From: Bdellovibrionota bacterium | GTDB lineage: Bacteria; Bdellovibrionota_C; UBA2361; JBIKUX01 | NCBI GenBank assembly: GCA_044347345.1 | Contig: JBIKUX010000024.1 | Span: forward strand, 1 to 39,166 | DNA: 39,166 bases | Direction of reading: 5' to 3' | Shown: positions 19,150 to 28,441 of the stretch, piece after piece | Layout: each line of letters opens with the position of its first letter | Numbering within the stretch: the stretch's first letter is position 1 | Position numbers and translations under genes: made by a program | Notes under the pieces: generated by a model | Seen by the model: only the letters and a program-made list of their open reading frames with translations | Databases searched by the model: none | What the model was told of the DNA's origin: nothing

Positions 19150-20280
19150 ATGACCTACACGACCAAGATTATAACGACACTAAAAGAATTTGAAAATTTG
19201 CGTCCTGCCTGGGAACTATTACATACCCTCAGTATAAGTTCAGCACCAGTGCTTTCTTGGAAATGGTCTTACACTTGGTGGGAGATTTTTGGAGAGCATG
19301 TCGGTGCTTATAAAAGCGACTCACTAAGAATTATAGCTGTGTTTGATAAAAATACCTTAATTGGTTTACTTCCTTTGTATCTTCATCGCGAATCACCGTT
19401 TGGTAATTTTCATCTTTCTCTTATTTCAACAGGCGAACCCACCGGCGAATCAACATTTCCTGAATATACAAACATTCTCTGCTTACCGGGTAGGTCGCGT
19501 GATGTTTTGCTAGGTGTAAGCAAAATTCTAACAGATAAAAAAACCTTACTATGGGATGTATTAACTCTTGGACTGACAGAAAATGGTAGCCTGTTAGATA
19601 TTCTGAGTGAGTACATAACTCCCCGAAGCTTTTTTATTATTCAGCGAACCCCGTTTAATTCTTGGATTGCTTCTTTAGTCGATGGATTTGAAGCTTATCT
19701 TAGCAAACTTGGTACATCTCGTAGAACGTGCCGCCGTATTTTGCGTGCGATTTCCTCACATTCAATTAGTTTAAGTATCGCAAAAAATGCTGAAGAAACA
19801 AAAGAAGCATTAGATCTTCTCATTAAATTTCATCAAATCAGATGGAAAAAAAAAGGGGAGAGTGGGAGCTTTTCAACAGAACGAATCCAACGATTCCATC
19901 ATACAGTAGTTGAAAGAAGTATTCCAATAAAAGAAGTAGTATTTACTACACTAAAAGAACGTGATAAGCCCTTTGCCGTAATTTATGGATGGCGAAACAA
20001 AAAAAAATTTGAAAATTATCAATCTGGAATTATTGATCCAGTTCAATTAAGCTTTAAAAGCCCAGGGCTACTAGCTCATTTACTTACCATTAAAGAATTA
20101 GCCGATAATAATACTTTTTTTTATGATTTTCTTGCAGGAGATGCGATGCATAAAGAAATGCTTTCACATACTATAACCAAGATGGTTTCTCTCAGATTTA
20201 TCGCTATTTCAACCCGAACTATCCCTGACATTTTTAAGAAACTACAAAAACGTGTAATTCAGAAAAAATCTATCCCTTAA
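19150..20280 (+). CDS. GNAT-family CelD/BcsL-like acetyltransferase
   Basis: N-terminal FENLRPAWELL...W...WW, FEAYLSKL, YQSG, SPGLL, YDFLAGDAMHK. Confidence 0.85.
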   Translation: MTYTTKIITTLKEFENLRPAWELLHTLSISSAPVLSWKWSYTWWEIFGEHVGAYKSDSLRIIAVFDKNTLIGLLPLYLHRESPFGNFHLSLISTGEPTGESTFPEYTNILCLPGRSRDVLLGVSKILTDKKTLLWDVLTLGLTENGSLLDILSEYITPRSFFIIQRTPFNSWIASLVDGFEAYLSKLGTSRRTCRRILRAISSHSISLSIAKNAEETKEALDLLIKFHQIRWKKKGESGSFSTERIQRFHHTVVERSIPIKEVVFTTLKERDKPFAVIYGWRNKKKFENYQSGIIDPVQLSFKSPGLLAHLLTIKELADNNTFFYDFLAGDAMHKEMLSHTITKMVSLRFIAISTRTIPDIFKKLQKRVIQKKSIP

Positions 20281-20317
20281 CTATTTTTATTAATTTTATG
20301 CTACCCTCTCAAAAGCG

Positions 20318-21250
20318 ATGAAAATACCAAACTCACTTAAAATATTTATAAGTGTCACACTACTTGTGGCACTTATATCTTTTGTTGATTATACAAGACT
20401 AGTAACAACTTTCCTTGCGCTCTCTCCATCCTCGCTACTACTTTTATCTATCGGATACATGTTAGCGCAGGCAATAAGCGCCTTCAAATGGTGGCTAATA
20501 TTGCATGGAAGTGGAATAAACTGCTCATTTTTTAAGACAATTATCGCTTATTTTGTCGGTATGTTCGTTAATATATTAGGGATAGGTACGATAGGCGGAG
20601 ATACAGCTAGAGCACTTCTTGTATCCTCTAACGGTAGCTTAACAGCAAAAACTGTAGTTTCAGTATTTATTGATCGCGCTCACGGTCTTGCTGTCTTATC
20701 AGCTATCGGAGCCGGATCTGCGGCATGGTTTGGTCATAATCGTCTTCCACCAATAATTTTGTCTGGAGTAGTGCTTCTAGGATCTGTAATAGTTGCAACT
20801 TGGATAACATTACTTTTAATACCATCCAATCTTCGCTCTATTGTTTTATCACCTTTCGGAAAATTTGGTACACAGGTCTCGTCAGCATTTGAAGTAATTC
20901 CTCGTAATCCGTGGTTATTGGCTGCTATAACAGTAGTATCAGGGACATTTCACTTTATTCAAATCGCTCTCCACGGTTATATGGCTTATATTTTAAATAT
21001 TAAACTACCTTGGAGCGCATTATTTGTAGGAGTACCCTTTACAAATATTGCAAGCACTCTTCCTTTTTCTTGGCAGGGCTTAGGTGTGAGAGAAAATGCT
21101 TATCAATTCTTTCTTGTACCAGATTACATTACAAGCTCAGATGCGATTGCATTTGGCGCAATGTGGATATTTGCATCTACGGTATCGGGGATAACTGGAG
21201 GTATAATTGCATTTATAACAAACGCTCGTAGCATTATCATGAAGCGATAA
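20318..21250 (+). CDS. Lysylphosphatidylglycerol-synthase TM / UPF0104 flippase-like membrane protein
   Basis: YFVGMFVN...IGGDTARA, VSVFIDR, LPFSWQGLGVRE; multiple TM helices. Confidence 0.88.
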   Translation: MKIPNSLKIFISVTLLVALISFVDYTRLVTTFLALSPSSLLLLSIGYMLAQAISAFKWWLILHGSGINCSFFKTIIAYFVGMFVNILGIGTIGGDTARALLVSSNGSLTAKTVVSVFIDRAHGLAVLSAIGAGSAAWFGHNRLPPIILSGVVLLGSVIVATWITLLLIPSNLRSIVLSPFGKFGTQVSSAFEVIPRNPWLLAAITVVSGTFHFIQIALHGYMAYILNIKLPWSALFVGVPFTNIASTLPFSWQGLGVRENAYQFFLVPDYITSSDAIAFGAMWIFASTVSGITGGIIAFITNARSIIMKR

Positions 21251-21514
21251 TCGACCTCCTAGCATCTTGTTCTAAAAACCGCAAATAGAGACAAAAAACC
21301 CCCTCTAAGAAAGTCACTGCAAGATTTTTTAAGTGACTTAGAGGTAGCAAGTCTTCTCAAGTCAAAGCTTTTTTGAATTTTTCAGATGCGCCAAAAAAAA
21401 TATTCTTTTTTTGAAGAGTATGAGACTTAACCGTTCATCTAAACAAATATTAAATAAGTCCGCAAAAAACCATTAATTTCTTCGTCTAAGCGGACAAAGT
21501 GGAGTTCCACCAGC

Positions 21515-24500
21515 ATGGACAAAGTGCGGATTTCTGAAATGCAAGCAGCCCGCTCCGCTAATTTCAATCTCTTAAGACAGGCTAATGTCACTAACGGAGT
21601 GTCTTTTTGTATCATAACCGGTCGTCGGACTTATTCAGATATTGAAAAAGTAGTCGAATCTATTCAGCGACTTAATTATCCCTATTTCGAAATTATTGTC
21701 ATTGGCAACATACCATCGTTGATTCAAGGATGTATTACACTCTCAAATAGAAAAGCAGTAGAACAAGGTTGGTTTGGTTCATTACGTAATCAAGGAGCTG
21801 CGGCGGCAAAATTTACTACCCTCGTATTTTTGAATGACGATATAACGCTTGATGCGTCGTTTGGTAGCATCCTTTTTGAATACCTTCTTACTCCTGAGCA
21901 GAATAATAACTGGTTTGTGGCTCAACCTCGAATCCTAAACCCTGACGGCACGCGGTATTGGGATTGGGCAACATACGGAGGTCCAAGAGGACACTGTCTC
22001 CTAGCTTACTCCCACAAAGATCCGGAGACGTACCTCCAAAGTAGTGCTTATATTATAAAACGTTCAGTTGCTACATCAATACTCTGGCCAGAAGAAGCTA
22101 GTTCAGTCTTTCCATTAGATGAAGTCGAATATACTCGTGCTCTTCGGGCTGCTGGATTTAGTATTACTTGTGTACCAAGTCTCACAACGCATCATTTAGA
22201 CCCAAATTTTGTTCAAATTGATGATTATCCCAGAAAAATTTATGAAAGGTTTAAACTCGAATCTCTCGGTGACGGCCTTTTTGGACGAGGATTTTATCCA
22301 CCTGAAATCAATGGAGCTCGTTTACTTGAAGAAAAATCTGAAATTATTATTTCAAAGGATCTACTCAATACTTCAGGAGTTATATCCTTTATTCTTCAAT
22401 CACATGCCCAAGATTTGTATGATGAATGGCCACTGACAATAAAGTTATTAAATGGTGATTCGGAAGTTGCTACCGTAACCTTTAAAAGAGGTGGAGAACG
22501 ACACCACGTCTATCTTCCAATAGCGGCAAGTAAAAATGATCTAACCTTATCTCTTGTAGCAAATAGTACAATAGTTTCTAAACTATCTGTTAATCACCGT
22601 GATGATAAGGTTTTCTCTGTCTTCTTGGGTGAACTTACTTACGAGCAGAAAAGTAATCTCTTTTCTTTAGTTGAGCCAATTAGCGCCAAGATAACTCCAA
22701 GTTATACACGAACTCCTAGACGAGAAGAATGTGTAGTCATTAGTCCTCACCTATCATCTCTTGCAATCGGATGCTACTCTCGAAGACTTTTAGCAAATCT
22801 TGCGGAAAGTGGCCTAAAAATTGAGGTAGACACTTACCTTGCAGAAGTAAATGTCATTAATGAAATTACTAAAAGTGAGAACAATCGCAGTTTTTGGCAT
22901 AATATTCATCGTAATCAGGTCAGTGGTGGCACCTGCGTAACATTTTTCCCACTAGAAATAGCAAGCAATCCTCGGATAATTCGTCGAATCCGTGAGCTTC
23001 ACAGCGATTGTCATTATAGTATTTTACTTACATACGTTACTCGAGTGGGGCAACTTGAGGATCTTCAACTAGCTACTGAATTATTCGACGAAGTCTGGCT
23101 ACCTAGTGAGTATCAAGCAAAAATTTTTGCTCAACATGGTATTAATAAAAAAATTATCCGTATAGTCCCGCCAGGAGTAGATACCGAGCTATATAATCCT
23201 GAAAATATTACGCCTCTACCACTTGCTGTAAGAGGTGATTTTACACTCCTTAGCGATATTCCTCTTTCACGAGATTCTGGCTGGCAAGAGCTACTGTTAG
23301 CGTATTTTACCCAGTTTACTCGAACTGATGATGTGGCACTTATTTTACGTATCCAAGAATTTGGCGCCTTTGCTCATGTAGCTATGGAGCAAATAAGAGT
23401 ATTTCTCCGAAACAATGACTTTGATCATCCGGGAGCACCTGCTCTTTATCTCTTTGATGCCTCACGAGTTACCGAAGAACATATTCCCCAACTTTATGCA
23501 CTAGCAGATATCTTTGTGTTACCAAACGCACTTGAAATTTGGCCACACCTGCTTCTAAGGCCAATGGCACTAGGACTACCAGTTATCGCCTCAAATGTCG
23601 GAAGTAACTCAGAGTTTGTTGATGAGCAAGTGGGAGCTTTAATTGCTATTAAAGAAGGTAACGACTCACTGGAAAGCTCCCTTGCGCCTCAACTTAATCA
23701 TCGGCCTCAAGTATCTGCTCTAGGTAAACTAATGCGCGAAGCATTTGAGAATAGAACAGCTACGACAAAACGCTCAGAAGCTGCTCGACAAAGGGTAGTT
23801 GAAAAATGGTCACTGGCTACTACTACCGAACTCGTAAGGCAGCGAGTCTTTCATGCTTTTGATAATACAAAACCAACAAGCACAATTATATCATCATCGG
23901 CCTCTACTAATTCAGGATTAATTAAGAGCCAAGCTAGCAACAGTAAAGCAACTTTATCATCTGAAATCGAACGCTCTAAAATTCAACCAAATGACTCTGA
24001 TAATCTTAAATTTGGCGCAAGCCTTGATATGGAATACGGGGAGAGGCTGTGTGGTATTGGCGTTAAAGCCGAAAGTTTAATCGCAGACATACGGTCAGGA
24101 CATACGCCTGCAATTTACACACAATATTTTCTTCGAGCTTTATCAGCACAAAAAACCCTGGTTGATGAAAGATTAGATTGTAGAGCGGAGATCACTTTGT
24201 ATGCCAACTCCGAGGAGAAGATAAAACAATTAAAAGAATTATTTCCAACTTACCAAGCTTTGATTTTAAACGACGAAGGCGCAAACTCAACCTTTGAAAT
24301 TATCTGGGATTGTAGTCCCATACTTCATTTAAATGATAACTTCGATCCGTTGCAATCTCAGCCTGAAAGACACCAAAAATTATCCAGTAAAGCTATATTG
24401 ACCAGAGTTATTGATGATCTTTTACCAATTTCACGAAGAGAATCTTACTTCGATCGATGGTCAAGTGATAAAAAATCAAGATTTGTGGCGGCTCTAAGTG

Positions 24501-25318
24501 AAGAGGCAAGAAAATCTGACCATTTTTTTACATTCTCACGACAGGCTGAAACTTTAATTGCTAAAACTCTAGGTATCGATACAGCAAAAATTACTGTTCT
24601 TAGTGGGACAGCTCCAGAATATTCCTTGCCACTAAATCGCAAAGCATCTGAAGAATCAAAATTTCAGATACAACCTGACCTTGTATTCAAAAACCCATAT
24701 ATAATAAGTGCAGGTTCACTTAGCGCTCATAGAAACATTCCTTCACTACTTCTAGCAGTTGAACAAGTGCGGCTTACAGCACCCGTGGATCTCGTATTTC
24801 TGCATCCTCCAGATGAGGAAATAATTAGTTATTATCAGACACTTTGTATAAGAAACCGTTTAGAAGGGATTCGGTTTATCGCAAACGACGAATCTAACCA
24901 ATCGGAAATACAGTCTTTGTTAGCTGGTGCAACGGCTATGGTCTTTGCGACATCTCATGCAAGCCTACTTATAGAACCCTTTGCAGCGGCTCAAGCAAGC
25001 TGCACCATAGTATCACCTCCATCTCGAGAACTATCTGAAATAATTGGAAATAACTATTTCATGATAGCAAATGAGTATCCAGAAGAAATGGCGGGGGCCA
25101 TTATACATTTAGTTAGCAACCCTAGATCAACAGAACAACTAAGAGAGCAAGCCGCTCAACTAACCCAAAGATACTCTTGGAGTTTAATTGGCCAAAAAAT
25201 TATTCAAAAACTTATTACCCTTGTTAATACAAAATTGAATTCCGAAAATAATATTTTAACTAATCGCTTTCTTCTAAATAATAATTCTAATGTAGACCTA
25301 CCATCATTATTTACTTAA
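21515..25318 (+). CDS. Multidomain glycosyltransferase: GT2, beta-rich module and two GT4-like domains
   Basis: GT2 VSFCIIT...FLNDD; GT4-like FDEVWLPS...PPGVDT...MALGLPVIASN; second GT4-like YIISAGSLSAHRN...YSW. Confidence 0.85.
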   Translation: MDKVRISEMQAARSANFNLLRQANVTNGVSFCIITGRRTYSDIEKVVESIQRLNYPYFEIIVIGNIPSLIQGCITLSNRKAVEQGWFGSLRNQGAAAAKFTTLVFLNDDITLDASFGSILFEYLLTPEQNNNWFVAQPRILNPDGTRYWDWATYGGPRGHCLLAYSHKDPETYLQSSAYIIKRSVATSILWPEEASSVFPLDEVEYTRALRAAGFSITCVPSLTTHHLDPNFVQIDDYPRKIYERFKLESLGDGLFGRGFYPPEINGARLLEEKSEIIISKDLLNTSGVISFILQSHAQDLYDEWPLTIKLLNGDSEVATVTFKRGGERHHVYLPIAASKNDLTLSLVANSTIVSKLSVNHRDDKVFSVFLGELTYEQKSNLFSLVEPISAKITPSYTRTPRREECVVISPHLSSLAIGCYSRRLLANLAESGLKIEVDTYLAEVNVINEITKSENNRSFWHNIHRNQVSGGTCVTFFPLEIASNPRIIRRIRELHSDCHYSILLTYVTRVGQLEDLQLATELFDEVWLPSEYQAKIFAQHGINKKIIRIVPPGVDTELYNPENITPLPLAVRGDFTLLSDIPLSRDSGWQELLLAYFTQFTRTDDVALILRIQEFGAFAHVAMEQIRVFLRNNDFDHPGAPALYLFDASRVTEEHIPQLYALADIFVLPNALEIWPHLLLRPMALGLPVIASNVGSNSEFVDEQVGALIAIKEGNDSLESSLAPQLNHRPQVSALGKLMREAFENRTATTKRSEAARQRVVEKWSLATTTELVRQRVFHAFDNTKPTSTIISSSASTNSGLIKSQASNSKATLSSEIERSKIQPNDSDNLKFGASLDMEYGERLCGIGVKAESLIADIRSGHTPAIYTQYFLRALSAQKTLVDERLDCRAEITLYANSEEKIKQLKELFPTYQALILNDEGANSTFEIIWDCSPILHLNDNFDPLQSQPERHQKLSSKAILTRVIDDLLPISRRESYFDRWSSDKKSRFVAALSEEARKSDHFFTFSRQAETLIAKTLGIDTAKITVLSGTAPEYSLPLNRKASEESKFQIQPDLVFKNPYIISAGSLSAHRNIPSLLLAVEQVRLTAPVDLVFLHPPDEEIISYYQTLCIRNRLEGIRFIANDESNQSEIQSLLAGATAMVFATSHASLLIEPFAAAQASCTIVSPPSRELSEIIGNNYFMIANEYPEEMAGAIIHLVSNPRSTEQLREQAAQLTQRYSWSLIGQKIIQKLITLVNTKLNSENNILTNRFLLNNNSNVDLPSLFT

Positions 25319-25390
25319 TATGAAGATCGTTTTGAAAATAACTAGTAAGTAATGGCTGATAACAGTTAATAACGATATAAACAGAGCACC

Positions 25391-26263
25391 ATGGCTCGAT
25401 TAAAAAAAGAAACTGTTATCTTTTGCCTCCAGCGCTTGTTGCGTCCGCTCATCCGTTTTGGGTTAAGTAACAATTTGCGAGTTCAAGATTTATTAGAATG
25501 CATAAAGTCAGTTTTGGTAGATACTGCTCGCTCTCATCTGCTTGCTAGCGGAGAAAAAGTGACTGAAAGTCGCTTAAGCGTCATGACCGGTATACATCGC
25601 AGAGACATAAAGCGATTAATGGATGAGGAATTCAAGTTTGATGAGCTCCAGAGCTTAATAATGAAAGTAGTTGGTCAATGGCAGACAGATAAACAATTTA
25701 TTACAGACGATAAACTACCGAAACCTCTTAATTTTAAAGGTGAAAATAGCGACTTTAATCAGTTAGTTGAAAAAGTCAGTAAAGACGTCAATCCAGCTAC
25801 AGTTCTTTTTGAACTTGAGAGAGTTGGTATGGTAGAAAAAAAAGAAGGCCATATAATTCTTTTACAAGATACTTATACACCAGGAGATAATTTTGAAGAT
25901 GCTCTATCTATCGCTAGCGACGATATAGAGCATCTATTAGCTGCAGTTCGTGAAAATGCTGAAAGAATAGTTGCTTTCGGTCAACCTGGAGCGGGTATAA
26001 ATCTTCATGCTCGAACAGAATATAACAACATCAGACCTAGTGGATTAAGAGAGATAAGAGAATGGTTGATTAAAGAGGGTCATGCTTTACACCGACGTGC
26101 TCGTGAATTATTTGCAAAACACGATCAAGACATCAATCCCATCGAATCTTATACCGGTTTAGGGGCAAGGGTAGTACTCGGAACCTTTAGCAAAGTATAC
26201 GAATCTTTCCAAGAGAACTCTATCTCAGAAGAGAGCCTTAACCCCGAGAGGCCCGATGATTAA
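25391..26263 (+). CDS. DUF6502-family protein (HTH-like N-terminus)
   Basis: LLRPLIR...SRLSVMTGIHRRDIKRL...VVGQWQTD...FNQLVEKVSKDVNPATVLFELERVGMV matches the DUF6502 pattern as recalled. Confidence 0.75.
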   Translation: MARLKKETVIFCLQRLLRPLIRFGLSNNLRVQDLLECIKSVLVDTARSHLLASGEKVTESRLSVMTGIHRRDIKRLMDEEFKFDELQSLIMKVVGQWQTDKQFITDDKLPKPLNFKGENSDFNQLVEKVSKDVNPATVLFELERVGMVEKKEGHIILLQDTYTPGDNFEDALSIASDDIEHLLAAVRENAERIVAFGQPGAGINLHARTEYNNIRPSGLREIREWLIKEGHALHRRARELFAKHDQDINPIESYTGLGARVVLGTFSKVYESFQENSISEESLNPERPDD

Positions 26264-27356
26264 GATAAATCAGCGTAAAAGAAACCTTGCATTACTTAAG
26301 AGAGTGAGATCATTCTTAAGGGTGGCAGGAATTTCCCCAGTTCCTAATTTACTAAAACTAACCGTCGCTAAAATTTTTGTGGTAAGGGATTATTTTAAGA
26401 TACTAGAACAGTACTCAAAGGCCTCAATTATAGAGAAATTATCAGATACACATTTATCTCGTAAGGGTACCTTTTTAAATTTAGCGAGTGCTCTTTGTAT
26501 CTTTTTTATCCTTATATCAGTTTGTGGGTGCGCAGGTGGTGGAACAATTGGAACGAGCCAAACTCGCCCAACTAGAGTAGCCGGTATCATTAAAGATCCA
26601 GAAGGGAATCCAGCAGAAAATATTATAGTAACTCTTATGCATTCAGGGGATTCGGCACGTTCAGATTCCTCTGGTCTGTTTGTTTTAGAGTCTGAATTAC
26701 CTGAGAATAACGGTAAAATGCAATTTCTCGTGGAAGGCGAGAATTTTGAGGATGTTGTAACACTAGAGCAACCAAATACAGAGAATTTAAACCAACCTCT
26801 TGTTCCAATTAAAGTTGAATTAGAAGTTAATATAAATATTGGTTCAGCTGAGTTGACATCATTTGAGGTAGAACAGAGAGAGACTGAACCTGTTTCCGTA
26901 CAGCCCGGGCTTATACCGTCAGATGACACCCAAAAATCACCCACTCCCAGTAATAATGCAAAGCCTTCCGGTAACATTGCAAAAGTTTTACCATCTCTTA
27001 TACAAGGAAAAATCTTAAATTCTTCCGGAGAAGGAATTTTGGGAGTTCCTATTTACGCTGTTCAAAAAGGGAGAAATATTGGTAGAAATATCACAAAAAG
27101 TGATGGTAGTTTCCGCTTTGAAGCGTCATACACCACTGGAAATATTGAAATTGTAGTCGGCAGATTAATCAGCCCATCAAGTATTATTCGCACTAAGTTA
27201 AGTTTTATTCCCGCCATAATTAAAACAACCTTAGTTTTAAAAACAAGCGACATATCTGGGACTACGGATACAAACTCCAACGCAACTGACTTTCAAGCTG
27301 TCGGAACTGTTGTATCAGGTCAAATACAGTCATTAAAGATCAGAAAACGTAAGTAA
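26256..27356 (+). CDS. Putative lipoprotein with two carboxypeptidase-regulatory-like (transthyretin-fold) repeats
   Basis: Hydrophobic stretch plus lipobox VCG|C (Cys92), then AGGGTIGT. Two repeats of G-x-I-x-D/N-x-x-G-x-P/G...T/S-x-S-x-G-x-F. 8-nt overlap with the DUF6502 stop. Confidence 0.7.
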   Translation: MIKINQRKRNLALLKRVRSFLRVAGISPVPNLLKLTVAKIFVVRDYFKILEQYSKASIIEKLSDTHLSRKGTFLNLASALCIFFILISVCGCAGGGTIGTSQTRPTRVAGIIKDPEGNPAENIIVTLMHSGDSARSDSSGLFVLESELPENNGKMQFLVEGENFEDVVTLEQPNTENLNQPLVPIKVELEVNINIGSAELTSFEVEQRETEPVSVQPGLIPSDDTQKSPTPSNNAKPSGNIAKVLPSLIQGKILNSSGEGILGVPIYAVQKGRNIGRNITKSDGSFRFEASYTTGNIEIVVGRLISPSSIIRTKLSFIPAIIKTTLVLKTSDISGTTDTNSNATDFQAVGTVVSGQIQSLKIRKRK

Positions 27357-27385
27357 AAAATGATATAGCTTTGTTACTTGGCCAA

Positions 27386-28237
27386 TTAGCGAATTTCAAT
27401 TCCGATAGATTGCCCGCATAATTTCAAATGCTCTGATAATCCAGCTAAAGTTGGTGGTAATGAAGATTGAGAAGGTATTGTAAGTATCTTTTCGAAACCA
27501 GCTGGCGCCACCGTAATCACTACTCTAACAACATCGCTACCTGCACTACTAAAAGAGAAAAAGGTATCTTTTGGTATATTTAAAAATTGTCCAGCATTTA
27601 GAACTATATTTTCGTTTTTAATGATAAAATTTAGAGCTCCTTCTCGAATAAAAAATCCAATATCTGCCTTTAATCTCATGAGCGGAAATCCACTTCCATT
27701 TTCGTAAGTGGCATCCAACTGAGCAAAATTTTCAGCAGTCGCCTCTCCACTGACCCTTATTCCATATTGACCACCAAAAAAGGAAAATGTTGAAACTGCT
27801 GACTGGAGATGTAACCTAGCACCGCTTCTCATCCGTCTGGATGATACGTCAGGTTGTTGCTGAATATTTGCATGAGACTCTGACCAAACATCCTCACCGG
27901 CAGGAGCAAAAACAGCCAAAAAAAGTGCCCTCTCATTTCCTATAGAGCATAATTCATGAGCCGCCTCCTTTGGTAAATGAATATACTCACCCTTTGCAGC
28001 CTGAGCTGTGCCAAGATCACTCGCTACCTTTAACTGTCCTTTTAGAAGGTAATACCCAACCTCGCTTGGTGCTGGAACAGCTCGAGATTCAGCCTGCTCG
28101 AGACTCACTAAGAAAAGCGAATAAGAATATCCAGTTTGGTCGGGACGAATTACAGCCCTAGTCTCTCCACCTCGCCACTGAAGTGGTTCAATTTCTGCAA
28201 CATCAATTAACGCGTAAGCGCGGTTACTTGTATGCAT
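27386..28237 (-). CDS. Bicupin, quercetinase (QdoI)-like fold
   Basis: Two cupin repeats (YYLLKGQL...GEYIHLPKEAAH...APAG; FFIREGAL...GQFLNIPKDT...APAGFE); GGAG RBS. Confidence 0.8.
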   Translation of the reverse strand: MHTSNRAYALIDVAEIEPLQWRGGETRAVIRPDQTGYSYSLFLVSLEQAESRAVPAPSEVGYYLLKGQLKVASDLGTAQAAKGEYIHLPKEAAHELCSIGNERALFLAVFAPAGEDVWSESHANIQQQPDVSSRRMRSGARLHLQSAVSTFSFFGGQYGIRVSGEATAENFAQLDATYENGSGFPLMRLKADIGFFIREGALNFIIKNENIVLNAGQFLNIPKDTFFSFSSAGSDVVRVVITVAPAGFEKILTIPSQSSLPPTLAGLSEHLKLCGQSIGIEIR

Positions 28238-28441
28238 TATTTAGTTCTCCGTACAGCAGAGCTTTTATCTCACACTAATCTTGGGTTAACACTGGTCTGC
28301 GAAATCTTTTACCCACTCTTTTCTTCTTTTCGATATAGTAACAGGTTAACTTGATAAGAAAAACAAGCTAAATAACTGTACAGGTATTACAGAACAAAAA
28401 AATGTCTAATCATACTTACATTACACGGTGCCCATACATAC

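Noticed and set aside
19846..20007. Two A9 tracts in the CelD-like gene as phase-variation switches
   Set aside because: They encode Lys-rich stretches, the ORF is intact, and similar tracts occur in rpoC in this AT-rich genome.
21251..21514. Inverted repeats upstream of the large GT gene as a riboswitch (e.g. c-di-GMP)
   Set aside because: Only a loose hairpin (AAGTCACT/AGTGACTT); conserved aptamer motifs were not found.
26390..26977. 195-aa minus-strand ORF
   Set aside because: Antisense to the lipoprotein gene, which has a lipobox, domain repeats and translational coupling.
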